Shown one piece after another: positions 19,428-28,546 of a DNA stretch of 64,000 nt; the stretch's first letter is position 1, and the number at the start of each line of letters is the position of its first letter. Origin of the DNA: Patescibacteria group bacterium (GTDB taxonomy: Bacteria; Patescibacteriota; Minisyncoccia; Phycocordibacterales; UBA9973); NCBI GenBank assembly GCA_028868715.1, contig JAGWUB010000001.1:183206-247205 (forward strand). The letters run 5' to 3'. Position numbers and translations under genes: made by a program. The notes beneath the pieces are model-generated. The model searched no databases, had not been told where the DNA came from, and worked only from the letters and a program-made list of their open reading frames with translations.

Positions 19428-21185
19428 ATGAGTTTTCTAGAAGCATTAGTACAAAGAGGCGTAATTAACGAGAATCAAATAGGTGAAATAAAAATTCGCG
19501 CCAAAGAAAAATTCGACGGAGATATATCTCTGGCGCTAGTTGAGGCTGGAGTTAAGGAAGAAAAAATCCTGGAAGAAAAAGGAAAGTATTTAGGTATCCC
19601 AACCCAGAAAATAAATATTAAAGAAATGTCTTTTGACCTCCTCAAATATATTTCAGAAGACTCTGCTCGACACTATCACTTTGTGCCAATTGGACTCAAA
19701 GATGGAGTGCTTTCTGTGGGGGTTACTGACGGTGAAGATGTAAAGGCCATGGATGCGTTACAATTTATTTCTGCCAAGATAGGTATTCCATTTAAAGTTT
19801 TTCTTGTTTCCAGAAGTGACTATGAAAGTATTATGGAAAGCTACAAAGGTTTGACGACTCAAGTGGCTGAAGCGCTCGATACCTTGGACCAAGAGGAAAT
19901 GCTAGATACCAAGGGTTTAACAGAAGAAAATTTAAGTAAAGAAATAAAGAGTATTAAGCCTGGGGAAGAAACCAAAATAGTAGAAGATGCTCCAGTGATA
20001 AAAATTGTCGCGGTCATATTACGTAACGCCATAGAGGGAGGTGCTTCGGATATCCACATCGAGCATACTGGAGAAAAGGTAAAGGTACGTTTCCGTGTGG
20101 ACGGCGCCCTGCATACCTCTATATTGTTGCCTATAAATGTTTACAACGGAGTGGTGGCGCGAGTAAAAATTTTAGCTAAACTTCGCTTGGATGAAAAGAG
20201 AAAACCACAAGACGGATCTTTTAGCGCCATTATTGATTCACATAAAATTGATTTTCGTGTTTCCACCATGCCGGCTTATTATGGCGAGAAGGTGGTTATT
20301 AGAATTCTAGATCCCGGCAAAGGAGTTAAGACCCTAGAGGAATTGTATTTATCGCCTGCTAATTTAAAAATGATCAGAGAAGCCCTTGCCAAACCTTATG
20401 GCATGATTCTGATAACTGGACCAACTGGTTCTGGAAAATCCACTACCTTGTATTCAATGATGAATGAACTTGATAAAGAAGAAAATAATGTTATTTCACT
20501 TGAGGATCCAGTAGAGTACCACATGGCAGATGTTAGTCAGTCTCAAGTAATGCCCGAGATCGGGTATACGTTTGCAGTCGGTTTGCGTTCTATTGTTCGT
20601 CAGGACCCAGACATAATAATGGTAGGAGAAATTCGAGATAAAGAAACAGCTCAACTAGCTATCCAAGCGGCCCTGACGGGACACCTTGTTTTGTCCACAC
20701 TACATACCAACAATGCCATTGGGGCTATTCCGCGTCTGGTGGATATGGGTATTGATCCTTACCTTATTGCACCGACTCTGATCCTATCTATCGCTCAACG
20801 TCTAGCTTTGATGACTTGTGAAAATTCACGCAAACTTGTGCCCATGGATCCAAGTATTAAAATTCAAATTGATGAACTTACCAAAGATTTACCAGATGAA
20901 TTTAAAAAAGAAATTAAAGAGCTGGAAAATAAAAATGAAATGTATGACACTGTTCCGTCCGCGGAGTGCCCTTCAGGGACTCGGGGTCGGATGGCAGTTT
21001 TTGAAATGTTTACCGTAGATAAGGAAATGCAGGATGTCATACTTAAAAATCCGACGAACGATGCCATTTATAGCGTGGCTCGCAAGAAGGGTATGCTAAT
21101 GATGCGAGAAGACGCTATGTTGAAATCTTTAAAGGGCTTAATTCCTTACAAAGAAGTTTATAATTTTAGTAATGAGAGCGAGTAA
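19428..21185 (+). CDS. pilB: Type IV pilus assembly ATPase PilB/GspE
   Basis: ASDIHIE, GPTGSGKSTT, EDPVEY, RQDPDIIMVGEIRD, STLHTN. Confidence 0.95.
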   Translation: MSFLEALVQRGVINENQIGEIKIRAKEKFDGDISLALVEAGVKEEKILEEKGKYLGIPTQKINIKEMSFDLLKYISEDSARHYHFVPIGLKDGVLSVGVTDGEDVKAMDALQFISAKIGIPFKVFLVSRSDYESIMESYKGLTTQVAEALDTLDQEEMLDTKGLTEENLSKEIKSIKPGEETKIVEDAPVIKIVAVILRNAIEGGASDIHIEHTGEKVKVRFRVDGALHTSILLPINVYNGVVARVKILAKLRLDEKRKPQDGSFSAIIDSHKIDFRVSTMPAYYGEKVVIRILDPGKGVKTLEELYLSPANLKMIREALAKPYGMILITGPTGSGKSTTLYSMMNELDKEENNVISLEDPVEYHMADVSQSQVMPEIGYTFAVGLRSIVRQDPDIIMVGEIRDKETAQLAIQAALTGHLVLSTLHTNNAIGAIPRLVDMGIDPYLIAPTLILSIAQRLALMTCENSRKLVPMDPSIKIQIDELTKDLPDEFKKEIKELENKNEMYDTVPSAECPSGTRGRMAVFEMFTVDKEMQDVILKNPTNDAIYSVARKKGMLMMREDAMLKSLKGLIPYKEVYNFSNESE

Positions 21186-21207
21186 TTCCAGATAAATAAA
21201 AGTAGAG

Positions 21208-21216
21208 TTATCCACA
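21208..21216 (+). promoter_or_regulatory. Consensus DnaA box
   Basis: TTATCCACA in the intergenic region upstream of the receiver gene. Confidence 0.5.
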
Positions 21217-21258
21217 GTTTGATCTATTACAAGTCATTTTAATAGTACAATTAACTAT

Positions 21259-21657
21259 ATGGAAGGGGACAAGAAGAAAATTTTAATAGTTGATGACGAT
21301 AACTTCCTTTTGGATATGTATGCTCTCAAGTTCAGTCAGAGCAATTTTGAAGTTTACACAGCCCCAGGTGGAAAAGAAGCGATAGATAAGCTCACTGGTG
21401 GTCTAGCCCCCGATGTTATTTTAATGGATATAATTATGCCTGAAATGGATGGTTTTGAGATGTTAGAAAAAATAAATAAAGATAACTTGTCCAAAAATTC
21501 TATAAAAATTATTTTATCCAACAAAAGTGAGCAAAAGGATGTCGACCGAGGCAACGAGCTGGGGGTATCTGGATATATTGTAAAAGCAAATTCTACTCCT
21601 AGAGAAGTAATTGAGCAGGTAAATAGTATTTTATCCCAAAAGGTTACTTCTGTGTAA
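21259..21657 (+). CDS. Single-domain response regulator (receiver)
   Basis: ILIVDDD, DVILMDIIMPEMDGF, YIVK. Confidence 0.93.
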   Translation: MEGDKKKILIVDDDNFLLDMYALKFSQSNFEVYTAPGGKEAIDKLTGGLAPDVILMDIIMPEMDGFEMLEKINKDNLSKNSIKIILSNKSEQKDVDRGNELGVSGYIVKANSTPREVIEQVNSILSQKVTSV

Positions 21658-21664
21658 TTTGAAC

Positions 21665-21741
21665 CCCCTTAGAAATAGCATAAACGCCAAAGACGGGTTA
21701 TAATAGTTAGGTATTAATAATTAAAATAAATTTCTAACGGG
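21665..21741. repeat. Short element bounded by imperfect inverted repeats (MITE-like)
   Basis: CCCCTTAGAAAT (21665-21676) and ATTTCTAACGGG (21730-21741) are 11/12 complementary. The element abuts the pilT ATG. Confidence 0.55.
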
Positions 21742-22800
21742 ATGGATTATAAAAAAGTATTTGAAGAACTAGTTTTAACAGTTATCCGAGAAGGTGGATC
21801 TGATTTACATTTGGGCACAGGAAGAGTGCCAATTATTCGTGTTTCTGGTGAGTTGATATCTCTGGTAAAGCATTCAGTTCTTACTGCTGAAGATATGCTT
21901 GGAATTTTGAATGAAATTCTAGACAAAGCTAAAGTGGATCGATTTATCTCGGACCAAGAAATAGATTTTTCTTATGATTTTCGTGGGGAGGCGCGACTTC
22001 GAGGTAATGGCTTTTTCCAAAAAGGATTGATCAATGTTGTTTTTCGACTAGTTCCAAAAGTTAAAACTTTAAAAGAATTACATTTGCCACCTATTCTCGC
22101 AGAATTGACTCGCAAAAAACAAGGATTTTTCCTAGTTGTTGGGCCTGTCGGACAGGGTAAATCTACGACGCTGTCGGCAATGGTTAACCTTATAAACAAC
22201 GAACAAGCACGGCACATTGTAACGATTGAAGATCCGATTGAATATGTCTATGCTCAAAATAAATCTATCATCAATCAACGAGAGGTGGGCATCGATACTA
22301 GGGACCCTCACATGGCCCTCAAATCTGTCTTTCGCGAAGATGTGAATGTGATACTTATCGGCGAGATGCGTACACCAGAGACCATAGCCACAGCAGTTAC
22401 AGCTGCCGAGACTGGGCACCTTGTATTTTCAACCTTACATACCAACAATGCTGCTCAGACCATAGACAGAATTATTGATTCCTTCCCAGGCACTCAACAA
22501 GATCAGATTCGTGCTCAACTTTCCTCATCCTTGCTAGGTATTTTTTCTCAGAGATTAATTCCGAGGATTACTGGTGGACTTGTTCCTGCCTATGAACTAC
22601 TCTTGAACAACAATGCTGTCTCAAACTTAATCCGCGAAAAACGCACTCACGAAATAGACGTGGTGATAGAGACAGGCATGGAGTCTGGCATGGTGGACTT
22701 GAATCATTCCTTGATAGAGCTTGTTCGCGCTGGAGAGATTTCCATAGAAAATGCTCGGCAATATTCACTAAATCCAAAAGGACTAGAGCGAATGATTTAG
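21742..22800 (+). CDS. pilT: Type IV pilus retraction ATPase PilT
   Basis: GSDLHL, GPVGQGKSTT, TIEDPIEY, AAETGHLVFSTLHTN, NLIRE. Confidence 0.95.
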   Translation: MDYKKVFEELVLTVIREGGSDLHLGTGRVPIIRVSGELISLVKHSVLTAEDMLGILNEILDKAKVDRFISDQEIDFSYDFRGEARLRGNGFFQKGLINVVFRLVPKVKTLKELHLPPILAELTRKKQGFFLVVGPVGQGKSTTLSAMVNLINNEQARHIVTIEDPIEYVYAQNKSIINQREVGIDTRDPHMALKSVFREDVNVILIGEMRTPETIATAVTAAETGHLVFSTLHTNNAAQTIDRIIDSFPGTQQDQIRAQLSSSLLGIFSQRLIPRITGGLVPAYELLLNNNAVSNLIREKRTHEIDVVIETGMESGMVDLNHSLIELVRAGEISIENARQYSLNPKGLERMI

Positions 22801-22819
22801 TAATTGCGAATTAAAAATT

Positions 22820-24028
22820 ATGTTATTTAACTATAAAGCAGTAGATCAAGGTGGAATCAACAAAGAGGGAGAGATTGATGCTCCTAATCGTGATTTGGCG
22901 ATAAGTGGTTTGCAACACCGAGGACTCGTGGTCATTTCCATAAAGAATGAGGATGAGAAAAAATCAATTTTTGAAATGTCTTTTTTTGACAAAGTATCAA
23001 ACAAAGATGTAGTCATTCTCTCTAGGCAAATTTCAACTTTATTTGAGGCTCAAGTTTCCGCTCTAAAGGCTTTTACTATGCTGGCAGCCAACTCTGAAAA
23101 GAAAACGCTAAGTCGCACTCTTACTCAAATAGGGGATGATCTCCAAGCAGGTGTCTCTATCTCTGGAGCACTTTCTCGCCACCCAGATGTATTTTCAGAT
23201 TTTTATATCAATATGGTCAAAGTCGGTGAGGAAACCGGAAAACTCAATCAAGTGTTTTTACATTTGGCCGATTATTTAGACCGTCAATATTCTCTTACCT
23301 CTAAAACTAGAAATGCGCTTATATATCCAGTGTTCGTTATTTTTACGTTTTTCGTGGTTATGACCCTTATGTTTACGATTGTTATCCCAAAACTTTCGTC
23401 AATTATTACGGACTCTGGTCAGCCAGTACCCTTTTTTACTCAAATAATTATAGGTATTTCTAATATATTTGTTCATTATGGTTTTCTGATTCTAATTTTC
23501 TTCGTATTTTTTGGTGTTTGGATCTGGCGACTTTCAGTTACTGAAAGAGGTAAAATTTACCTAGACAGTGTCCGTTTATCTATTCCAGGTGTGGGGAATT
23601 TGTATAAAAAATTATATCTTTCTAGAATAGCAGACAATATGGATACTATGCTTTCTTCAGGGGTGCCGATTCTGCGGGTGATAGAGATTACTTCTAAAGT
23701 TGTCGGTAGTCGTCTTTATAAAACACTCTTAGAAGAAGTATCCGATAATGTCAAAGCTGGTTTATCTATCTCGGCTGCCTTTGAAAAACATCCGGAACAA
23801 ATCCCAGGAATCATGGTGCAGATGATAAAGGTGGGAGAGGAGACAGGTTCATTAGGCTCTATTTTAAAAACTTTAGCTGAATTTTATAAGCGTGAGGTAG
23901 ATGGTGCGGTGGACACCTTGGTGGGCCTAATAGAGCCAGTTATGATCGTAGTTCTAGGACTAGGAGTAGGTATCCTTTTGGTATCTATCTTAATGCCTAT
24001 TTACAACATGGCTGGAAGTATTAGTTAG
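22820..24028 (+). CDS. pilC: Type IV pilus platform protein PilC (GspF family)
   Basis: Two GspF repeats with GEETG; ALIYP; LIEPVMIV. Confidence 0.95.
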   Translation: MLFNYKAVDQGGINKEGEIDAPNRDLAISGLQHRGLVVISIKNEDEKKSIFEMSFFDKVSNKDVVILSRQISTLFEAQVSALKAFTMLAANSEKKTLSRTLTQIGDDLQAGVSISGALSRHPDVFSDFYINMVKVGEETGKLNQVFLHLADYLDRQYSLTSKTRNALIYPVFVIFTFFVVMTLMFTIVIPKLSSIITDSGQPVPFFTQIIIGISNIFVHYGFLILIFFVFFGVWIWRLSVTERGKIYLDSVRLSIPGVGNLYKKLYLSRIADNMDTMLSSGVPILRVIEITSKVVGSRLYKTLLEEVSDNVKAGLSISAAFEKHPEQIPGIMVQMIKVGEETGSLGSILKTLAEFYKREVDGAVDTLVGLIEPVMIVVLGLGVGILLVSILMPIYNMAGSIS

Positions 24029-24039
24029 GTAGGGTTGTG

Positions 24040-24352
24040 CCCCCACACCTATTGTTTTATAGCTTTAGGTCAATTAAAATATGTATTATTTATATATTTT
24101 AAAAAGTTTAAAGGATGAAAATTTATATATAGGTTCAACAAATGACCTAAAGCGAAGACTTTTAGAACATAATAAAGGTCTTTCTATGTCTACAAAATCT
24201 AGGAAACCATTTGAATTACGTTATTACGAAGCATATCATAAGGAGGTGGACGCTAGGCACAGAGAAGGTTCTCTTAAAAAAGATGGTCGTGCCTTAGGGC
24301 AATTAAAGAGACGAATTATTAAAAGTCTTCAATAAAACAATAGGTGTGGGGG
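24040..24352. mobile_element. 313-bp element: GIY-YIG gene within 21-bp perfect terminal inverted repeats, 4-bp direct repeat TGTG
   Basis: CCCCCACACCTATTGTTTTAT (24040-24060) / ATAAAACAATAGGTGTGGGGG (24332-24352). TGTG at 24036-24039 and 24353-24356. Confidence 0.8.
24081..24335 (+). CDS. Stand-alone GIY-YIG nuclease (UPF0213-like)
   Basis: YYLYIL...LYIGST..L.RRL.EHN...YYEAY...A..RE..LK. Confidence 0.92.
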   Translation: MYYLYILKSLKDENLYIGSTNDLKRRLLEHNKGLSMSTKSRKPFELRYYEAYHKEVDARHREGSLKKDGRALGQLKRRIIKSLQ

Positions 24353-24451
24353 TGTGGATAACCCGTTTGCTTATATATTTGTGTTCCTATGATATAATAA
24401 GGGTATTAAAAAACAAGTCGATTATAAATTTATAAGTCATTATTAATAATT

Positions 24452-24480
24452 TCCGCCTAAGGCGGATCAGCCTAGGCTGA
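24452..24480. repeat. Tandem GC-rich double hairpin (REP-like) upstream of the first pilin
   Basis: TCCGCC-TAA-GGCGGA followed directly by TCAGCC-TA-GGCTGA. Confidence 0.65.
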
Positions 24481-24488
24481 AAAATAGT

Positions 24489-24980
24489 ATGAAAAAAATT
24501 AATTTTAAAAGAGGTTTTACGTTGATTGAACTTTTGGTCGTTGTGGCTATCATTGGTATCTTGGCTTCAGTTGTGTTGGCATCGCTTAACACAGCTCGTT
24601 CAAAAGGTGCTGATGCTGCTGTTAAAGCAAACTTAGCAAACGCTCGTGCACAAGCTGCTCTATTTTATGATGCAAACAACAATTCATACATGGGTACTGT
24701 TGGTACTGCAAATGATGTATGTTTCAGCGGAGCTTTAGCTGGAGGAGTCACTGGTATTTATCCACTTGTTCTAGCTGCTGCTAGTGCTACAGGTGCAACA
24801 ATGGGTGCTGAAAATGCTTTGGAAACTACAACCACTGCTGTATGTGACCCAGCTGCTAGTACATGGGTGGCTCAAGCCCCTCTAAAGGCTACTGCCGGAA
24901 CCTATTGGTGTGTTGACAGTACAGGTACTTCCAAGCAAGAAGCTGCTGTATTGGCTGCAAACGCAACATCTTGTCCTTAA
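24489..24980 (+). CDS. Type IV pilin (probable major pilin)
   Basis: KRG/FTLIELLVVVAIIGILA class III signal. Own promoter and a strong downstream terminator. Confidence 0.93.
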   Translation: MKKINFKRGFTLIELLVVVAIIGILASVVLASLNTARSKGADAAVKANLANARAQAALFYDANNNSYMGTVGTANDVCFSGALAGGVTGIYPLVLAAASATGATMGAENALETTTTAVCDPAASTWVAQAPLKATAGTYWCVDSTGTSKQEAAVLAANATSCP

Positions 24981-25002
24981 TCTAATACTTAGTTTTTCCT
25001 TA

Positions 25003-25038
25003 AAAAACCACCCCTGTTTATGAACAGGGGTGGTTTTT
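25003..25038 (+). terminator. Intrinsic terminator after pilin 1
   Basis: AAAAACCACCCCTGTT-TATG-AACAGGGGTGGTTTTT. Confidence 0.85.
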
Positions 25039-25089
25039 GTTTGTATAAGTGCATGGTATAATAAAGTGGATTATAAATTAATTCATTTT

Positions 25090-25575
25090 ATGAAAAGTCA
25101 AAAAATATTTAAAAGAGGTTTCACTTTAATCGAACTTTTGGTCGTTGTGGCTATCATTGGTATCTTGGCTTCAGTTGTGTTGGCATCGCTTAACAGCGCA
25201 AGAGCAAAGGGTACTGACGCGGCAATAAAAGGCACTCTTAGTAATTCACGTTCCCAAGCTGCATTATTTTACGATGATCATACTCAAGTATTTACCGGCG
25301 TATGCGATCCTGGCGGCGGCATTCATTCGATGATCTTAAGTGCTGCAGAAAAGCTTAACCAATCATCTCCATCTGTGGGGATAAACACTGATCCTTTTGT
25401 TTACGATTCTACTGGTGCTGTAGGAGCTGCAGTGTGTCATGATAGTGATACAGCATGGGCAGCCATTGTGTCTCTAAAGGCGCCAGCGACGCCTAGTGCT
25501 GGCTGGTGCGTAGATTCCACTGGAGCTTCTAGAGAAGCTACTTCTTTGGCCGCAAGCGCTACCGTTTGTCCATAG
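25090..25575 (+). CDS. Type IV pilin paralog 2
   Basis: MKSQKIFKRG/FTLIELL; C-terminal WCVDSTG. Confidence 0.92.
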   Translation: MKSQKIFKRGFTLIELLVVVAIIGILASVVLASLNSARAKGTDAAIKGTLSNSRSQAALFYDDHTQVFTGVCDPGGGIHSMILSAAEKLNQSSPSVGINTDPFVYDSTGAVGAAVCHDSDTAWAAIVSLKAPATPSAGWCVDSTGASREATSLAASATVCP

Positions 25576-25601
25576 TTATTACTACTTTAATTATTTACCT
25601 T

Positions 25602-26081
25602 ATGAAAAAATTTGGTTTTAAAAGAGGTTTTACGTTGATTGAACTTTTGGTGGTCGTAGCTATTATCGGTGTTTTAGCTGCAGTTGTTTTAGCTACGTTA
25701 AATAGTGCTAGGAATAAAGGTGGCGATGCAGCAGTGAAAGCAAATTTAAAAAACGCAGTCACTCAAGGAGAAGTTATTTATAGTACTAGGACTGCGAATA
25801 CAAGTACATATACTGGCGCTTGCACTACTGGGGTTATCGCTGGTGAAACTGTAATAACCGGAGTTGGCGGATTAGTTTTAGCAGCGGCCAAAGCGAATGG
25901 TCTAGCTAGTTATACCACGAATGGTACCGGGACATTAGCAACTGCAACCTGTAATGATAGTGCTAGCGCTTGGGCAGCCGAAGTGCCACTTAAAGCTGTT
26001 AGTGGTATGTGGTGTTCGGACAGTACTGGAAAATCTAAGCAAGAAGCTGGCACAATTGGTGCTGGAACCGTTTGTGCTTAA
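25602..26081 (+). CDS. Type IV pilin paralog 3
   Basis: MKKFGFKRG/FTLIELL; C-terminal WCSDSTG. Confidence 0.92.
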   Translation: MKKFGFKRGFTLIELLVVVAIIGVLAAVVLATLNSARNKGGDAAVKANLKNAVTQGEVIYSTRTANTSTYTGACTTGVIAGETVITGVGGLVLAAAKANGLASYTTNGTGTLATATCNDSASAWAAEVPLKAVSGMWCSDSTGKSKQEAGTIGAGTVCA

Positions 26082-26096
26082 CTTGTATTAATAAAC

Positions 26097-26882
26097 ATGA
26101 CCCCAATTCTCACAATTGCTTTCTTTGTTCTCGGCCTGATTATTGGGAGTTTCTTAAATGTGGTAATTTACCGCATGAATACCGCACGGTCCCTCGGAGG
26201 GCGGAGTGCTTGTATGGTTTGCCAAAGCAAACTTGCCTGGTATGAACTCATTCCAGTGTTGAGCTTTGTGGGTTTAAGGGGTAGGTGCAAAAGTTGCAAA
26301 ACCAAAATCTCGTTTCAGTACCCACTAGTAGAATTTATTACCGGCCTAGTTTTTGCTACAATTTTTTTTAAATTTCAAAACATTCTTTTTTTAAATGTAA
26401 CTGCATTTTCGGTTTATTTTCTTTACTACGCTGTAATGTTTTCGTTGCTCTTGGTTGTTGTAGTCTATGATATTAGGCATAAAATAATTCCCGATATCCT
26501 AGCTCTTATCTTTGGCGCCCTAGCTTTTATTGGCCTATTTTTCTTTCCAAATTTTTCTTTTCATATTCCACCCCTTCTAGCATTCTTGTCTGGGGTATTT
26601 ATCGCCTTGCCATTTTATCTACTTTGGTTGGTGTCGCGTGGCAGGTGGATGGGGCTAGGGGATGCCAAGCTGGCTCTCGGTCTAGGCTGGTTTCTTGGCT
26701 TTTCTGTAGCGCTCTCAGCCCTAGTGCTCGCTTTCTGGATTGGGACTATAATAGGACTAGGCCTCATTTTCTTTTCAAAAGGATACGGCATGAAAAGTGA
26801 AATTCCTTTTGCTCCATATTTGGCGCTTGGGGCCTTTATCGCATTTATTTTTGAGTTAAATATTTTTCACATTTATTTTTAA
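26097..26882 (+). CDS. pilD: Prepilin peptidase
   Basis: GSFLNVVIYR, CxxC pairs, YD..HKIIPD, MGLGDAKL, IPFAPYL. Confidence 0.96.
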   Translation: MTPILTIAFFVLGLIIGSFLNVVIYRMNTARSLGGRSACMVCQSKLAWYELIPVLSFVGLRGRCKSCKTKISFQYPLVEFITGLVFATIFFKFQNILFLNVTAFSVYFLYYAVMFSLLLVVVVYDIRHKIIPDILALIFGALAFIGLFFFPNFSFHIPPLLAFLSGVFIALPFYLLWLVSRGRWMGLGDAKLALGLGWFLGFSVALSALVLAFWIGTIIGLGLIFFSKGYGMKSEIPFAPYLALGAFIAFIFELNIFHIYF

Positions 26883-27467
26883 ATGGCACAATCAAAAAAA
26901 ATTAAAAGAAATCGAGGGATGAGCTACGTAGAGCTGATTGTAGTTTTGAGTATTTTTGCTATTATGTCCGCCATTGTTAGTTTTAATTATGGAGCGTTTC
27001 AGGCTAAAGTAGATATAAAAAGTTTAGCGAGTGATATTGCCCTAAAGATTGTCGAAGCTCAGAAATCATCTTTGTCTGGATTGCAATCAACGAGTTTTGC
27101 AGGTTCACTCAAGCCTTCTTTTGGAGTGTACTTCGACACTTCTACCTCAAATCAATTTATTTATTTTGCAGATTTAAATAATAATAATGCATTTGATCCT
27201 ATCACGGAAACCCTGCAAACAATTGCTATTCCCAAAAATGACACTATCTCTAAAATAGAAAGTTGTGTAGGTGCTCGTGTTGTTTGTACTCAACTTCCCA
27301 GTCCCTTGGCTATAACCTTTTCCAGGCCTAGTTCCAATGCAGTATTATATTCTGGAGGTGTAATATTGGCAGGTGTTTCCTATGTTCAAATCACAATTGT
27401 TGCACCCAATGGGACTTCTAGTGCTTTAATAAAAATATATCCTTCAGGTAGGATACAAGTTAATTAG
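26883..27467 (+). CDS. Minor pilin (FimT/FimU-like)
   Basis: RG/MSYVELIVVL prepilin motif; C-terminal SGRI. Confidence 0.85.
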   Translation: MAQSKKIKRNRGMSYVELIVVLSIFAIMSAIVSFNYGAFQAKVDIKSLASDIALKIVEAQKSSLSGLQSTSFAGSLKPSFGVYFDTSTSNQFIYFADLNNNNAFDPITETLQTIAIPKNDTISKIESCVGARVVCTQLPSPLAITFSRPSSNAVLYSGGVILAGVSYVQITIVAPNGTSSALIKIYPSGRIQVN

Positions 27468-27468
27468 A

Positions 27469-28080
27469 ATGAAAACAGAATTTTTAAAAATAAAAAATGG
27501 GTTTACGATTATAGAGACGATGATTGCAGTTTCTATTTTCATAATTGTTATTATGATTGGGATGAATACTCTCTTGAACGCTAACCTACTTCATCAAAAA
27601 TCTCAAAATATGCGCTCCATTTTAGATAGTATGAATTTCGCTATGGAAGATATGTCTAGAAATTTGAGAGTAGGGTATACATACGACTGTATTCCAACAA
27701 ATGGAACAATTCCCGATACTACCCCTCCCTATACCCCAATTCCAACCAGTGGGCAGAATTGTGGAGGAATAATATTTAAATCTACGGCAAATAACACACT
27801 TGCCACATGGGTTTACTATATAGCCACCAATCCAAATTATCCTAGTCAATATAGTATTTTTAAAATAGTTGATGGGTCAACTTCTGTTCAATTAACTCCA
27901 GACGAAGTCAACATTGACCCTTCTTCCAGCTTTACAGTGGTAGGCGCTGAGCCACCTAGTAGCGGTAATTATCAACAACCATTTGTGACTATTAAGTTAG
28001 TTGGTACCATAAAGTATCAGAACATTACAACACCTTTTTCGTTACAAACTTCAGTTTCTCAACGAACTATAGATATTTAA
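27469..28080 (+). CDS. Minor pilin (PilW-like)
   Basis: NG/FTIIETMIAVSIF prepilin motif; C-terminal LQTSVSQR. Confidence 0.85.
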   Translation: MKTEFLKIKNGFTIIETMIAVSIFIIVIMIGMNTLLNANLLHQKSQNMRSILDSMNFAMEDMSRNLRVGYTYDCIPTNGTIPDTTPPYTPIPTSGQNCGGIIFKSTANNTLATWVYYIATNPNYPSQYSIFKIVDGSTSVQLTPDEVNIDPSSSFTVVGAEPPSSGNYQQPFVTIKLVGTIKYQNITTPFSLQTSVSQRTIDI

Positions 28081-28083
28081 AAT

Positions 28084-28545
28084 ATGAAATTTTTATCCAC
28101 AAAACAAAATCATGGGTTTACTTTAGTAGAAACACTTGTCGGTATTTCAATATTTACTTTTTCGGTATTGGCAGTAATGTCTGTCTTGGCATCTGGTATT
28201 ACTGATACTAGCTATGCCAAGCAAAAAATGGTTGCTGGATATTTAGCACAGGAAGGCATCGAATATATTAGAAATCTACGAGATAACGATGTTTTATATA
28301 GCTCAGTACCGCCCAATAATAATTGGAATACTTTTAAAGCTAGATTTAATCCCACTACTCATTTTATAACCACAGACAATTCTCCCAGTATAGCTAATTT
28401 CCCAGGATTTACACGCACTCTTCAAATGACTCCAATTTCTGGCACTACTGACGAAGTGACAATTTTCTCAACCGTTACCTGGACGCAGGGCTCAGGGCAA
28501 CAAAGTGTAACTTTTGCAGAGAATTTATATAATTGGGTAGAGTAA
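28084..28545 (+). CDS. Minor pilin (PilV-like)
   Basis: HG/FTLVETLVGISI; AQEGIEYIRN. Confidence 0.85.
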   Translation: MKFLSTKQNHGFTLVETLVGISIFTFSVLAVMSVLASGITDTSYAKQKMVAGYLAQEGIEYIRNLRDNDVLYSSVPPNNNWNTFKARFNPTTHFITTDNSPSIANFPGFTRTLQMTPISGTTDEVTIFSTVTWTQGSGQQSVTFAENLYNWVE

Positions 28546-28546
28546 T

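Noticed and set aside
21208-24361. DnaA boxes as a possible oriC
   Set aside because: They are isolated single boxes, with no cluster and no dnaA/dnaN nearby.
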